The position numbers were made by a program, and so were the translations under genes. Below, one piece after another: positions 53,470 through 64,000 of a stretch of 64,000 bases of DNA. The notes beneath the pieces were generated by a model. The model saw only the letters and a list, made by a program, of their open reading frames with translations. It did not search any database and had not been told where the DNA came from. Source of the stretch: Malacoraja senta (lineage: Eukaryota); contig CM075992.1 of NCBI GenBank assembly GCA_038087875.1, positions 6,884,001 to 6,948,000 of the forward strand. The letters run 5' to 3'. The number at the start of each line of letters is the position of its first letter. Positions within the stretch are counted from its first letter, which is position 1.

Positions 53470-54200
53470 AAGTTACAGGAGTAGAATTAGGCCGTTCGGC
53501 CCATCGAGTCCACTCTGTCATTCAATCGCAACTGATCTCTGCCTCCCAATCCCATTTTCCTGACTTCGCCCCATAACCCTTGACCCATACAACATACAAC
53601 ATACAGCAAAGGAGCAGGCCTGTTGGACCACAATGCCAGTGTCTAACATGATGCCAACTTAAAGGTGTAGGAAGAAACTTCAGATGCTGCTTTACACTGA
53701 AGATAGACGCGAAATGCTGGAGTAACTCAACTAATCAAGAATTTGTCTGTCTCTGCCTTAAAAACACCCACTGACTTGGCCTCCACAACCCTCTGTAGCA
53801 ATGAGTTCCACACATTAACTACCCTCTGACTAAAGAAGTTCCTCCTCACCTCCTTTCTAAAAGAGCACCCTTTAATTCTGAGGCTGTGACCTCTGGTCCT
53901 AGACTCTCCCACCAGTGGAAACATCCTTTCCACATCCACTCTATCTATGCCTTTCATTATACTGTAAATTTCAATGAGGTCCCCCCTCAACCTTCTAAAC
54001 TCCAGCGAGTACAGGCCCAGTGCTGTCAAGCGCTCATCATATGTTAACCCACTCATTCCTGGAATCAATCTTGGATCAATCAATCAATCCTCTGGACCCT
54101 CTCCAGAGTCAGCACATCCTTCCTCAGATATGGGGCCCAAATGTGCTCACAGTACTCCAAATGCGGCCTGACCAGCGCCTTATAGAGCCTCAGCATTTCA
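53470..54200 (-). mobile_element. CR1 LINE 3' fragment interrupted at 53581-53726
   Basis: ORF 53727..54083, LGLYSLEFRRLRGDLIE. Confidence 0.85.
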
Positions 54201-54871
54201 TCTCTGTCGGGGGTTATGGGCAGAAGGTAGGAGGAATGGAGTTGAGAGGGAACGATAGATCAGCCATGATTGAATGGCAGAGTAGATGGGCCGAATGGCC
54301 TAATTCTGCTGCTAGAACTTGTGAACTGTCCTCACCTTCAGTGAAGGACTGCATCATGTTACAGACGCCCACTGGTCACGTGTGAGCCCAGACCATGCGT
54401 GTCATGGACCGGAGCTTGACCCATACAACATACAACATACAGCAAAGGAGCAGGCCTGTCGGACCACAATGCCCGTGTCTAACATGATGCCAACTTAAAG
54501 GTGTAGGAAGAAACTTCAGATGCTGGTTTACACTGAAGATAGACGCGAAATGCTGGAGTAACTCAACGGGTAAGGCAGCATCTCTGGAGAGAAGGAACGG
54601 GTGACGCTTCAGGTGGAGACCCTTCCTCAGGCTTATCTCCTCTGCCTGGATGTGACCCATATTGTAATTGTAATTAATTTATTAGCCAAGTATGTAAAAA
54701 CATACAAGGAATTTGATTTGACATACACACAGTATCCCTGCATTCCCTGCCGATACATATACCTATCCAAGGTTCAAGGTTCAAGGTTCAAGGTTCACAT
54801 TTATTTGTCACATGCATCAATTAAGATACAGTGAAATTAGTTACCATACCACTGAAAGTCTCTTAAATGCC

Positions 54872-55390
54872 ACTAATTTGAGGAAGGACATTCTTGCTAT
54901 TGAGGGAGTGCAGCGTAGGTTTACAAGGTTAATTCCCGGAATGGCGGGACTGTCATAAGCTGAGAGAATGGAGCGGCTGGGCTTTTACACTCTGGGGTTT
55001 AGAAGGATGAGAGGGTATCTCATTGAAACATATAAGATTGTTAAGGGTTTGGACACGCTAGAAGCAGGAAACATGTTCCCGATGTTGGGGGAGTCCAGAA
55101 CCAGGGCCCACAGTTTAAGAATAAAGAGTAAGCCATTTAGAAAGGAGATGAGGAAACACTTTTTCTCACAGAGAGTGGTGAGTCTGTGGAATTCTCTGCC
55201 TCAGAGGGCGGTGGAGGCCGGTTCTCTGGATGCTTTCAAGAGAGAGCTAGATAGGGCTCTTAAAGATAGCGGAGTCAGGGGATATGGGGAGAAGGCAGGA
55301 ACGGGGTACTGATTGGGGATGATCACATTGAATGGTGGTGCTGGCTCGAAGGGCCGAATGGCCTACTCCTGCACCTATTGTCTATTGTCT
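54872..55390 (+). mobile_element. CR1 LINE 3' fragment
   Basis: ORF 54968..55312 and a CR1 tail. Confidence 0.88.
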
Positions 55391-56574
55391 AGTGTTCTCT
55401 CTGCCTCCACCACCCCTTGCAGCATGCTCCAAGTATTCATCTCTCTCTGTGTAAAAATAACTTTCCCCGCACATCTCCTTTAAGCGTTGCCCCTCTTCAC
55501 ACCTTAAAGCAATGCCCTTTCGACCTAGGAATGAGTTTTTATCCTATCTACGCCTCTCATCATCATATATACCTCTATTAGATCTTCCTTCAGCCACCGA
55601 CGCTCCAGAGAAAACAATCCCAGCTTGTTCAATCTTTCCTGATAGCTAATACCCACTAATCCAGGCAGTGTTCTGGTAAACATCCTCTGCACCCTCTCCA
55701 AAGCCGCCACATCCTTCAGTAAAGGGGCGACCAGAACTGCACAAAATATTCCAATTGTAGCTCGATGAAAATGCTATAAAGCAGCAACTTGATGGTATGC
55801 ATCAAGGACCCACACCATCCTGGCCACACACTCATCTCCCCGCTACCTTCAGGTAGAAAGTACAGGAGCCTGAAGACTGCAATGTCCAGGTTCAGGAATA
55901 GCTACTTCCCCACAGCCATCAGGCTATTAAACTTGGCTCGGATAAAACTCTGAACATTAATAGCCCATAATCTGTTTATTTGCACTTTATCAGTTTATTT
56001 ATTCATGTGTGTATATATATATATAATGGTATATGGACACACTGATCTGTTCTGTATTCATGCCTACTATGTTCTGTTGTGCTGAAGCAAAGCAAGAATT
56101 TCATTGTCCTATCTGGGCACATGACAATAAACTCTCTTGAATCTTGAATGGCTTGTGTGGAGTGCAAACAGCAACTAAAATTGGCCCAAATGGCCACTGT
56201 CCGCTGTATATATTTGCGCGGCACGGTGGTGCAGCGGTAGAGACCATGCTTTACATCGCCAGAGACCTGAGTTTGATCCTCACCACGGGTGCGTGGGTTT
56301 TCTCCGGGTGCTCCGGTTACCCCCCACACTCCAAAGAAGTGGAGGTTTGTAGGCTTATTGGCTTCTGTAAGAATGTCAATTGCCTCTAGTGTGTGTAGGA
56401 TAGTGCTAGTGTATGGGGATCGCAGGTCAAGACCTATTTCCTTCGCTCCATAGATGCTGCCTCACCCGCTGAGTTTCTCCAGCATTTTTGTCTACCTTCG
56501 ATTTTTCCAGCATCTGCGGTTCCTTGTTAAACTAAAACCATGTAATTCTATCTCAGCAAAGTGACGATTGGATT

Positions 56575-56875
56575 AAACAGCCGGCCTGGGAAACGAACTC
56601 AACAGTTACAAAGGCAAACAAACAAGAAACAGAGCAGAGATGCAGAAACAAACGTCAGTGTTTCCAGCGTTAAACCCAGCACATGTTTCTCATTTAATCC
56701 AGTTAAACAAAAATGACTCATGACCGAGCAGCAATTGGTGCAGCCAGGAGGAAGTGAGGAAATGTATCCCTGGGGGAGACCGTTGTTCACGGACGCTCAC
56801 CGTCCACGGCAATCAGGGGGTAGGTCGCAAAACCCAAAACAGAACCGAGAAGGGAGCTCGGCAAGAGTGGCTGAG
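56575..56875. promoter_or_regulatory. Candidate enhancer or alternative first exon with AP-1, ETS and FOX-like motifs
   Basis: TGACTCA at 56714-56720, GGAAGT and GGAAAT at 56750-56763, several AAACA cores, and a minus-strand donor-like ACG|GTGAGC at 56800. Confidence 0.3.
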
Positions 56876-57432
56876 GACAATAGACAATAGACAATAGGTG
56901 CAAGAATAGGCCATTCGGCCCTTCCAGCCAGCACCGCCATTCAATGTGATCAAGGCTGATCATCCCCAATCAGTACCCCGTTCCTGCCTTCTCCCCATAT
57001 CCCCTGACAGCTCTATTTTTAAGAGCCCTATCTAGCTCTCTCTTGAAAGCATCCAGAGAATTCCACAGACTCACCACTCTCTGTGAGAAAAAGTGTTTCC
57101 TCGTCTCGGTTCTAAATGGCTTACTCCTTATTCTTAAACTGTGGCCCCTGGTTCTGGACTACCCCAACATTGGGAACATGTTTCCTGCCTCTAGCCTGTC
57201 CAAGCCCTTAACAATCTTATATGTTTCAATGAGATCCCCCTCATCCTTCTAAACTCCAGAGTGTACAAGCCCAGCTGCTCCATTCTCTCAGCATATGACA
57301 GTCCCGCCATCCCGGGAATTAACCTTGTAAACCTACGCTGCACTCCTTCAATAGTAAGAATATCCTTTCTCAAATTAGGGGACCAAAATTGCACACAATA
57401 CTCCAGGTGTGGTCCCACTAGGGCCCTGTACA
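56876..57432 (-). mobile_element. CR1 LINE 3' fragment
   Basis: ORF 57191..57418, PHLEYCVQFWSP, with the tail at 56876. Confidence 0.88.
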
Positions 57433-57919
57433 GTGCTTACAGGACAGTGCTTGCCCCGTCTCCGATCAGCCGGGGTACAAGAAGGGACACAGAGCCGCCT
57501 GTACTTTTTGAGAAGTCTCCGCTCCTTCAACGTCCAGATGTCCGTCGGGGAATGTTGCCGACTGGCCAGCTGCAGACTGCAGGAGTACGTGCTGAGGGGC
57601 ACACTGAAGCTCGGTGCAGCCAACGCCAAGGCTCTATGGGGGAAGACCACAGTCTAGGTTCCTTCCGCTGCTGGAGATGGGGGGGGGGGGGGGGCAGGGT
57701 GTGGTGGAGACGCCCCTCAAAAATAAGGGAAGGGATTCCACATGAGTGGCAAGGGTATGGGGTAAAATTGTGATTTGAATGTATGTACAGCCTCCGAGAA
57801 TGTCGGATGGTGTTTTGTAAGGATCTTGTATTTTATATAATTATTTTTCGAATAAAGTATATTTTGAAATTAAAAAACAAAACACAAAAAAAAGATGCTG
57901 CAGATGTTCTGCTAATCAG

Positions 57920-58393
57920 TGGTAGCCAGCGCCATCCTCTTCGCTGTTGTGTGCTGGGGCAGCAGTGCAAAGGCCGCGGATGCCAACAGGATTAACAAAC
58001 TCAACAGGAAGGCTGGCTCCGTCCTGGGGGCAGAGTTGGATTCATGGGAGGTTGGTCTTGGAGGGGAGGATGCTCCTCAAACTGTGGAACATCTTGGACA
58101 ATACAGCTCACCCCCTCCATGACACACTGGTCAACCTGAGGAGCACCTTCAGCAACAGACTGGTTTCACCAAAATGCAGCACAGAACGCCACAGGAGATC
58201 CTTCTTCCCTGTGGCTATCAAAGTGTACAACTCCTCCCCCTTCTGTCGTGGGGTAGACTGACTCCCCCACCCCCCTCCCCAATCCTTCCCATTCGTCACT
58301 TTAAATCAATGTTTCATGTATTTTGAGTTTTATGATTAGTGCCAGATCAATTTCCCTCTTGGGATAAATAAAGTTCTATCGTATAGTATCGTA
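57920..58393 (+). mobile_element. Rex1/Babar-type LINE 3' fragment
   Basis: VASAILFAVVCWGSS...HPLHDTL...RRSFFPVAIKVYN. Confidence 0.78.
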
Positions 58394-58786
58394 CAGGACG
58401 GGAAGAGTGGGAATTACCCACTCTGTATTGTCTCCGGTTATATTAACGTGATCATCACTTCTTTCAGCCTGAAGAAGGGTCCCGACCCGAAACGTAACCT
58501 ATCCGCGTTCTCCAGAGCCGCTGCCTGACCCACTGAGTTACTCCAGCACTTCAAGTCAAGAGTGTTTTATTGTCAAGTGCCGCAGGCAGAACAATGAAAT
58601 TCTTACTTGTAGCAGCAAAACAGATAGGTCTGAAGAAGGATCTCGACCCGAAACAGATGCTGTCTGACCAGCTGAGGTTACTCCAGTTTTTTGTGTCTAT
58701 CTTCGATGTAAACATCTCTCTCTCACTCTCTCTCTCTCATATATAGCTATACACACACACACACACATATACTGTATATACACATA

Positions 58787-60403
58787 CAGTGGCTTGCAAA
58801 AATTTTCATACCCCTTGAACTTTTCCACATTTTGTCACGTTACAACCACAAACGTAAATGTATTTTATTGGGATTTTATGTGATAGACCAACACAAAGTG
58901 GTGCATAATTGTGAAGTGGAAGGAAAATGATACATGGTTTTCAAATTTTTTTACAAATAAAAAACTGAAAAGTGTCGCGTGCAAAAGTATTCAGCCCCCC
59001 GAGTCAATACTTTGTAGAACCACCTTTTGCTGCAATTACAGCTGCAAGTCTTTTGGGGTATGTCTCTACCAGCTTTGCACATCTAGAGACTGAAATTTTT
59101 GCCCATTCTTCTTTGCAAAATAGCTCAAGCTCAGTCAGATTGGATGGAGAGCGTCTGTGAACAGCAATTTTCAAGTCTTGCCAGAGATTCTCAATTGGAT
59201 TTAGGTCTGGACTTTGACTGGGCCATTCTAACACATGAATATGCTTTGATTTAAACCATTCCATTGTAGCTCTGGCTGTATGTTTAGGGTCGTTGTCCTG
59301 CTGGAAGGTGAACCTCCGCCCCAGTCTCAAGTCTTTTGCAGACTCTAACAGGTTTTCTTCCAAGATTGCCCTGTATTTGGCTTCATCCATCTTCCCATCA
59401 ACTCTGACCAGCTTCCCTGTCCCTGCTGAAGAAAGGCATCCCCACAGCATGATGCTGCCACCACCATGTTTCACAGTGGGGATGGTGTGTTCAGGGTGAT
59501 GTGCAGTGTTAGGTTTCCACCACACATAGCGTTTTGCATTTAGGCCAAAAACTTCAATTTTGGTCTCATCTGACCAGAGCACCTTCCTCCACATGTTTGC
59601 TGTGTCCCCCACATGGCTTGTGGCAAACTGCAAACGGGACTTCTTATGGCTTTTTTTCAACAATGGCTTTCTTCTTGCCACTCTTCCATAAAGGCCCGAT
59701 TTGTGGAGTGCACGACTAATAGTTGTCCTGTGGACAGATTCTTCCACCTGAGCTGTGGATCTCTGCGGCTCCTCCAGAGTTACCATGGGCCTCTTGGCTG
59801 CTTTCTCTGATCAATGCTCTTCTTGCCTGGCCTGTCAGTTTAGGTGGACGGCCATGTCTTGGTAGGTTTGCAGTTGTGCCATACTCTTTCCATTTTCGGA
59901 TGATGGATTGAACAGTGCTCCGTGAGATGTTCAAAGCTTGGGATATTTGTTTATAACCTAACCCTGCTTTAAACTTCTCCACAACTTTATCCATGACCTG
60001 ACTGGTGTGTTCCTTGGGCTTCATGATGCTGTTTGTTCACTAATGTTCTCTAACAAACCTCTGAGGCCTTCACAGAACAGCTGTATTTATACTGAGATTA
60101 GATTACACACAAGTGGACTCTATTTAATAATTAGGTGACTTCTGAAGGCAATGGGTTGCACTGGATTTTATTTAGGGGTATCAGAGTAAAGGGGGCTGAA
60201 TACTTTTGCACGCGACACTTTTCAGTTTTTTATTTGTAAAAAAATTTGAAAAGCATGTATCATTTTCCTTCCACTTCACAATTATGCGCCACTTTGTGTT
60301 GGTCTATCACATAAAATCCCAATAAAATACATTTACGTTTGTGGTTGTAACGTGACAAAATGTGGAAAAGTTCAAGGGGTATGAATACTTTTGCAAGCCA
60401 CTG
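58787..60403 (-). mobile_element. Full-length Tc1-family DNA transposon (Passport-like, IR/DR type), 1617 bp
   Basis: TA on both sides (58785-86 and 60404-05), ~210-bp terminal inverted repeats starting CAGTGG, and a transposase gene inside. Confidence 0.97.
59004..60024 (-). pseudogene. Tc1 DD34E transposase with a single +1 frameshift at the T run 59802-59804
   Basis: ORFs 59716..60024 (paired-like HTH, GRPPKL) and 59004..59786 (WSDETK, QQDNDPKH, SPDLNPIE; 34 residues between the second D and E). Confidence 0.92.
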
Positions 60404-60479
60404 TATATCTGCATATATAACACACAGATTGTCAAGCTAATAGGACTTGATGTTTCAATCCCTGTAGTAATTCGGCACT

Positions 60480-60745
60480 CTTGCTATTTGCGGTGGGATT
60501 GGAGTGGTGAAAGGTAGGGTAGATACGTCATCGGGGTCATCAGGTGGGCACCCTCCTTCTTTGATGTTTCATTGATAAGCCCACAACGTCTCCAGAGGGC
60601 TCAAAGGTAATACCTGGCGTCCCAGGTACACCCCCCTCAATTCCATACCCTCCTGTCTTCATCTTGCAGCCCAATTGTTGTCATTCCTTTTGATCCAAAG
60701 CCAATTGCTGCTTTTTTTCTGCAGAATTTGCATCTTTCCTTGGTA
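60480..60745 (-). mobile_element. Possible HERO/R2-group non-LTR element 3' end
   Basis: C-terminus ..AEKSSNWLWIKRNDNNWAAR* (needs one indel), recalled as typical of REL-endonuclease elements. Confidence 0.4.
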
Positions 60746-62649
60746 AGACAATCTGCCGTTTTCCTTGTTTCTACATTTGGGCAGTGTGTCATGTTGAACT
60801 GCCTGGAGTCCATTTGTCATCAAAGATGCAGTAAAGCTATACAGCTCCCTAGCTGCCTCCTTGATGTACTCCCCTATGTTGGTTATTCTAACATAACCCC
60901 GTCCTGTCAATGACCCTCAGAAACACAAGCCAAGCCCAAGAAACAAAATTCCGTACAAATGTAGAAGTTGCGATATGCAGGCACTTGGTAATGTGTAGAC
61001 AATGTGCAGGAAGGAACTGCAGATGCTGGTTTAAACCGAAGATAGACACAAAAAGCTGGAGTAACTCAGCGGGGCAGGCAGCATCTCTGGAGAGAAGGAA
61101 TGGGTGATTTTCAGTCTGATGAAGTGTCCCGACCCGAAACGGGTCGGGACCCTTCTTCAGACTGAAAATCAGGGGAGACTCAGTGGAGAGTCGATGTCGC
61201 GCATCGCAAACAGAGACCCTCCACTGTGTTCATTCTTTACCAGACTTCGAATCTTCCAGACCTGCTCCCAGCCTCTCTGTATATATATATGAACTCTGTT
61301 GCCGCACCCACAGCATATCGCAAACACTGTGGTGACCCACATCACCGCCAGTCTTTACCAGAGAGTGTTACAGCCCCTCGCGCCTCCCTGTTATATAAAC
61401 CCACACCCTGGCCACGCTCTCATTTCACTCCCACCATCAGGAAGAAGGTACAGGAGCCTGGGAACCGTGACCTCCAGGGTCAAGAACAGCGTCTTCCCAG
61501 CAAACCATTAGATTCTCGAACACCACACAAGAGGGGGTTAGATTTAGCTCTTGGGGCTAAAGGAATCAAGGTATATGGGGGAGAAAGCAGGAACGGGGTA
61601 CTGATTGTGGATGATCAGCCATGATCATATTGAATGATCATGGCTGGCTCGAAGGGCCGAATGGCCTACTCCTGCACCTATGTATCTATGTTTCTAACAC
61701 TAACCTCAGCAAGTTTTAACTTCTATGGACTGTTTTTAGTTGTACTATGAAGTTTCATTTTTCTGCACAAAAGACCCATATTGGACTGGACCAGAATTAG
61801 ACCACATTGGAGCAGATTTAGGCAATTCAGCCCATAGAGTTGACTCCGACATTCAATCATGGCTGATCTATCTTTCCCTCTCAACCATTCTCCTGCCTTC
61901 TCCCCATAACCCCTGACACCCTTACTAATCATGAACCGATCAATCTCCTATTTAAAAATATCCATTGTCTTGGCCACCATAGCCATCTGTGGCAATGAAA
62001 TCCACAGATTCATAACCCTCTCGCTAAAGAAATTCCTCCTCATCTCCATTTTGAAGGTACGTTCTTTTACTCTGAGGCTGTGTCCTCTGGTACAAGACTC
62101 TCCCTTTACTGGAAATATCCTTTCCACGTTCATTCTATCCAGGCCTTTCCTTATCCTATAGGTTTCAAAGATATCCCCCCTCACCCATCGGGAGGGTTTG
62201 CGGTTATTAATCTTTTGACATTATTGTTTATTATATATTATCTATGTGTATTGTGTTTATAAGCGGCATGGTGGCGCAGCGGTAGAGTTGCTGCCTTACA
62301 GCACCAGAGACCCGGGTTTCTCCCTGTGACCACGTGGGTTTTCTCCGGGTGCTCCGGTTCCCCCCTACATTGCAAAGACATACAGGTTTGCAGGCTAATT
62401 GGCTTCTGCAAATTGTCCTTAATGTGTAGGATAGTTCTAGTGTATGGGGTGATCGGTGGCCAGCATGGACTCGATGGGCTGAAGGGCCTTATCTCTAAAA
62501 GGCTAAAAGTAAAGTCTGTTAAGCTGCTGCAAGAATGTCATTGTTTTGTTGTCTGTCCATGCAACAATTAAACACTCTTGCCTTTTATTTCAAAAGAGCC
62601 CTGGCAATGTGCAATAAAGGGGAAGGCTTTGTTAGGGGCATCCCAACAA

Positions 62650-63556
62650 TGGGCCATTGTCTACCCCGTTCCTGCTCTTTCCCCATATCCCTTGATTCCT
62701 TTACCCCTAAGAGCAAAATCTCTTTACCCCTAAGAGCTAAACCCCTAAAGGGCCTGTCCCACTGCACGAGGTAATTCAAGAGTTCTCCCAAGTTCTCCCC
62801 TGATTCGAGCTCGTGTAATGTACGTAGCAGGTACGTAGGGGCTCGTACGAGTAAAAAGTTTTTTTTAATTTCATCACGAGTATTTTTTTACTCGTGGACA
62901 TTTTTCAGAGTGTTCAAAAAACATCACGAGTTTACCGGATTTCCCGAGTACCTACCGTTACTCGTACGAGCCGCTATAGGACATCCACGAGCTCCTACAT
63001 ACCCGCTACGTACATTACACGAGCACGAATCAGGGGAGAACTCGGGAGAGCTCCTGAATTACCTCGTACAGTGGGACAGGCCCTTAACTCTCTCTTGCAA
63101 ACATCCAGTGAATTGGCTTCCACTGCCTTCTGCGGCAGAGAAATCTACAGATTCACAACTCTCTGGGAGAAAACGTTTTTTCTCATCTCCCAACATCGGG
63201 AACATTTTTCCTGCATCTAGCCTGTCCAATCCTTTAAGAATGTTATATGTTTCTATAAGATCCCCTCTCATCCTAAATTCCAGTGAATACAAGCCCAGTC
63301 GACCCATTCTTTCATCATATCTCAGTCCCGCCATCCTGGGAATTAACCTGGTGAACCTACGCTGCACTCCCTCAATAGCAATAATGTCCTTCCTCAAATT
63401 AGGAGACCAAAACTGCACACAAAACTCCAGATGCGTCTCACCAGGGCCCTGTACAACTGCAGTAGGACCTCCTTGCTCCAAAACTCAAATCCTCTCGCAA
63501 TGAAGGCCAACATGCCATTAGCTTTCTTCACTGCCTGCTGTACCTGCATGCTTACT
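62650..63556 (-). mobile_element. CR1 LINE 3' fragment interrupted by a Harbinger MITE
   Basis: ORF 63059..63481. Confidence 0.8.
62749..63084. mobile_element. PIF/Harbinger-type MITE with ~100-bp inverted arms
   Basis: TIR and TAA duplication; long subterminal inverted repeat. Confidence 0.88.
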
Positions 63557-64000
63557 TTCTTTTGTTCTGGCCTATTCTTGCCGCCACCTCACCCTCCATC
63601 TTTCAGTCTGAAGAAGGGTTCCAACCTGAAAGGTCACCCTTCCATAGAGAGACACAACCAGCTGGAGTAACTCAGCAAGTCAGGCAGCATCTCTGGAGAA
63701 AAGGAATTGGCGACGTTTCGGGACAAGACCCTTCTTCGGACTGAGAGTCAGAGGAGAGGGAAACGAGATATATGAAAAGGTACGTGGAGCAAATGAATGA
63801 AAGGTATGTAAAAGGACAAATCAATGTCAGCACCTATCCATATTCTCCAGAGATGCTGCCTGACCCGTTGAGTTCCTCCAGCATTTTATGTAAGAAGGCG
63901 TGGCTGGAGGGCGATCCTAAAAACACGGCGATGCTAACAAGCTGTATCAACAAAGTGTGTAGACCTTCAGAAATGCACACTCCCTGAAGCACACACATAC

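Noticed and set aside
57000..64000. Exons of neighbours expected from mammalian synteny (DOCK6 upstream; SPC24 or LDLR downstream)
   Set aside because: No recognisable coding sequence for these genes was seen at either end of the window.

Overview
Vertebrate genomic DNA, very probably a cartilaginous fish (skate or ray type). This is inferred from the repeat content: HE1/V-SINE-type tRNA SINEs, CR1 LINEs and Penelope-like elements. The window holds one protein-coding gene, KANK2, on the minus strand. Eleven coding exons can be traced by hand from ATG 46224 to a probable TAG at 16675, with canonical GT-AG sites and consistent phases, giving about 1040 aa once six small indels are corrected. 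Those indels sit mostly in short base runs and look like consensus errors rather than pseudogenisation. The rest is mostly transposable elements. These include a full-length Passport-like Tc1 DD34E element (58787-60403), a young 2.5-kb CR1, Penelope GIY-YIG fragments, Rex1/Babar, Tx1, L1 and HERO-like 3' ends, Harbinger, hAT and TA-flanked MITEs, and large simple repeats. The most notable non-coding signal is a very abundant Penelope-derived repeat, often arranged as a foldback, that carries a minimal hammerhead-ribozyme core (CTGAAGA-stem II-GAAAC-GTC). No prokaryotic-type system (CRISPR, operon) is present. All family assignments come from recalled motifs, not database searches, and most repeat boundaries are approximate.
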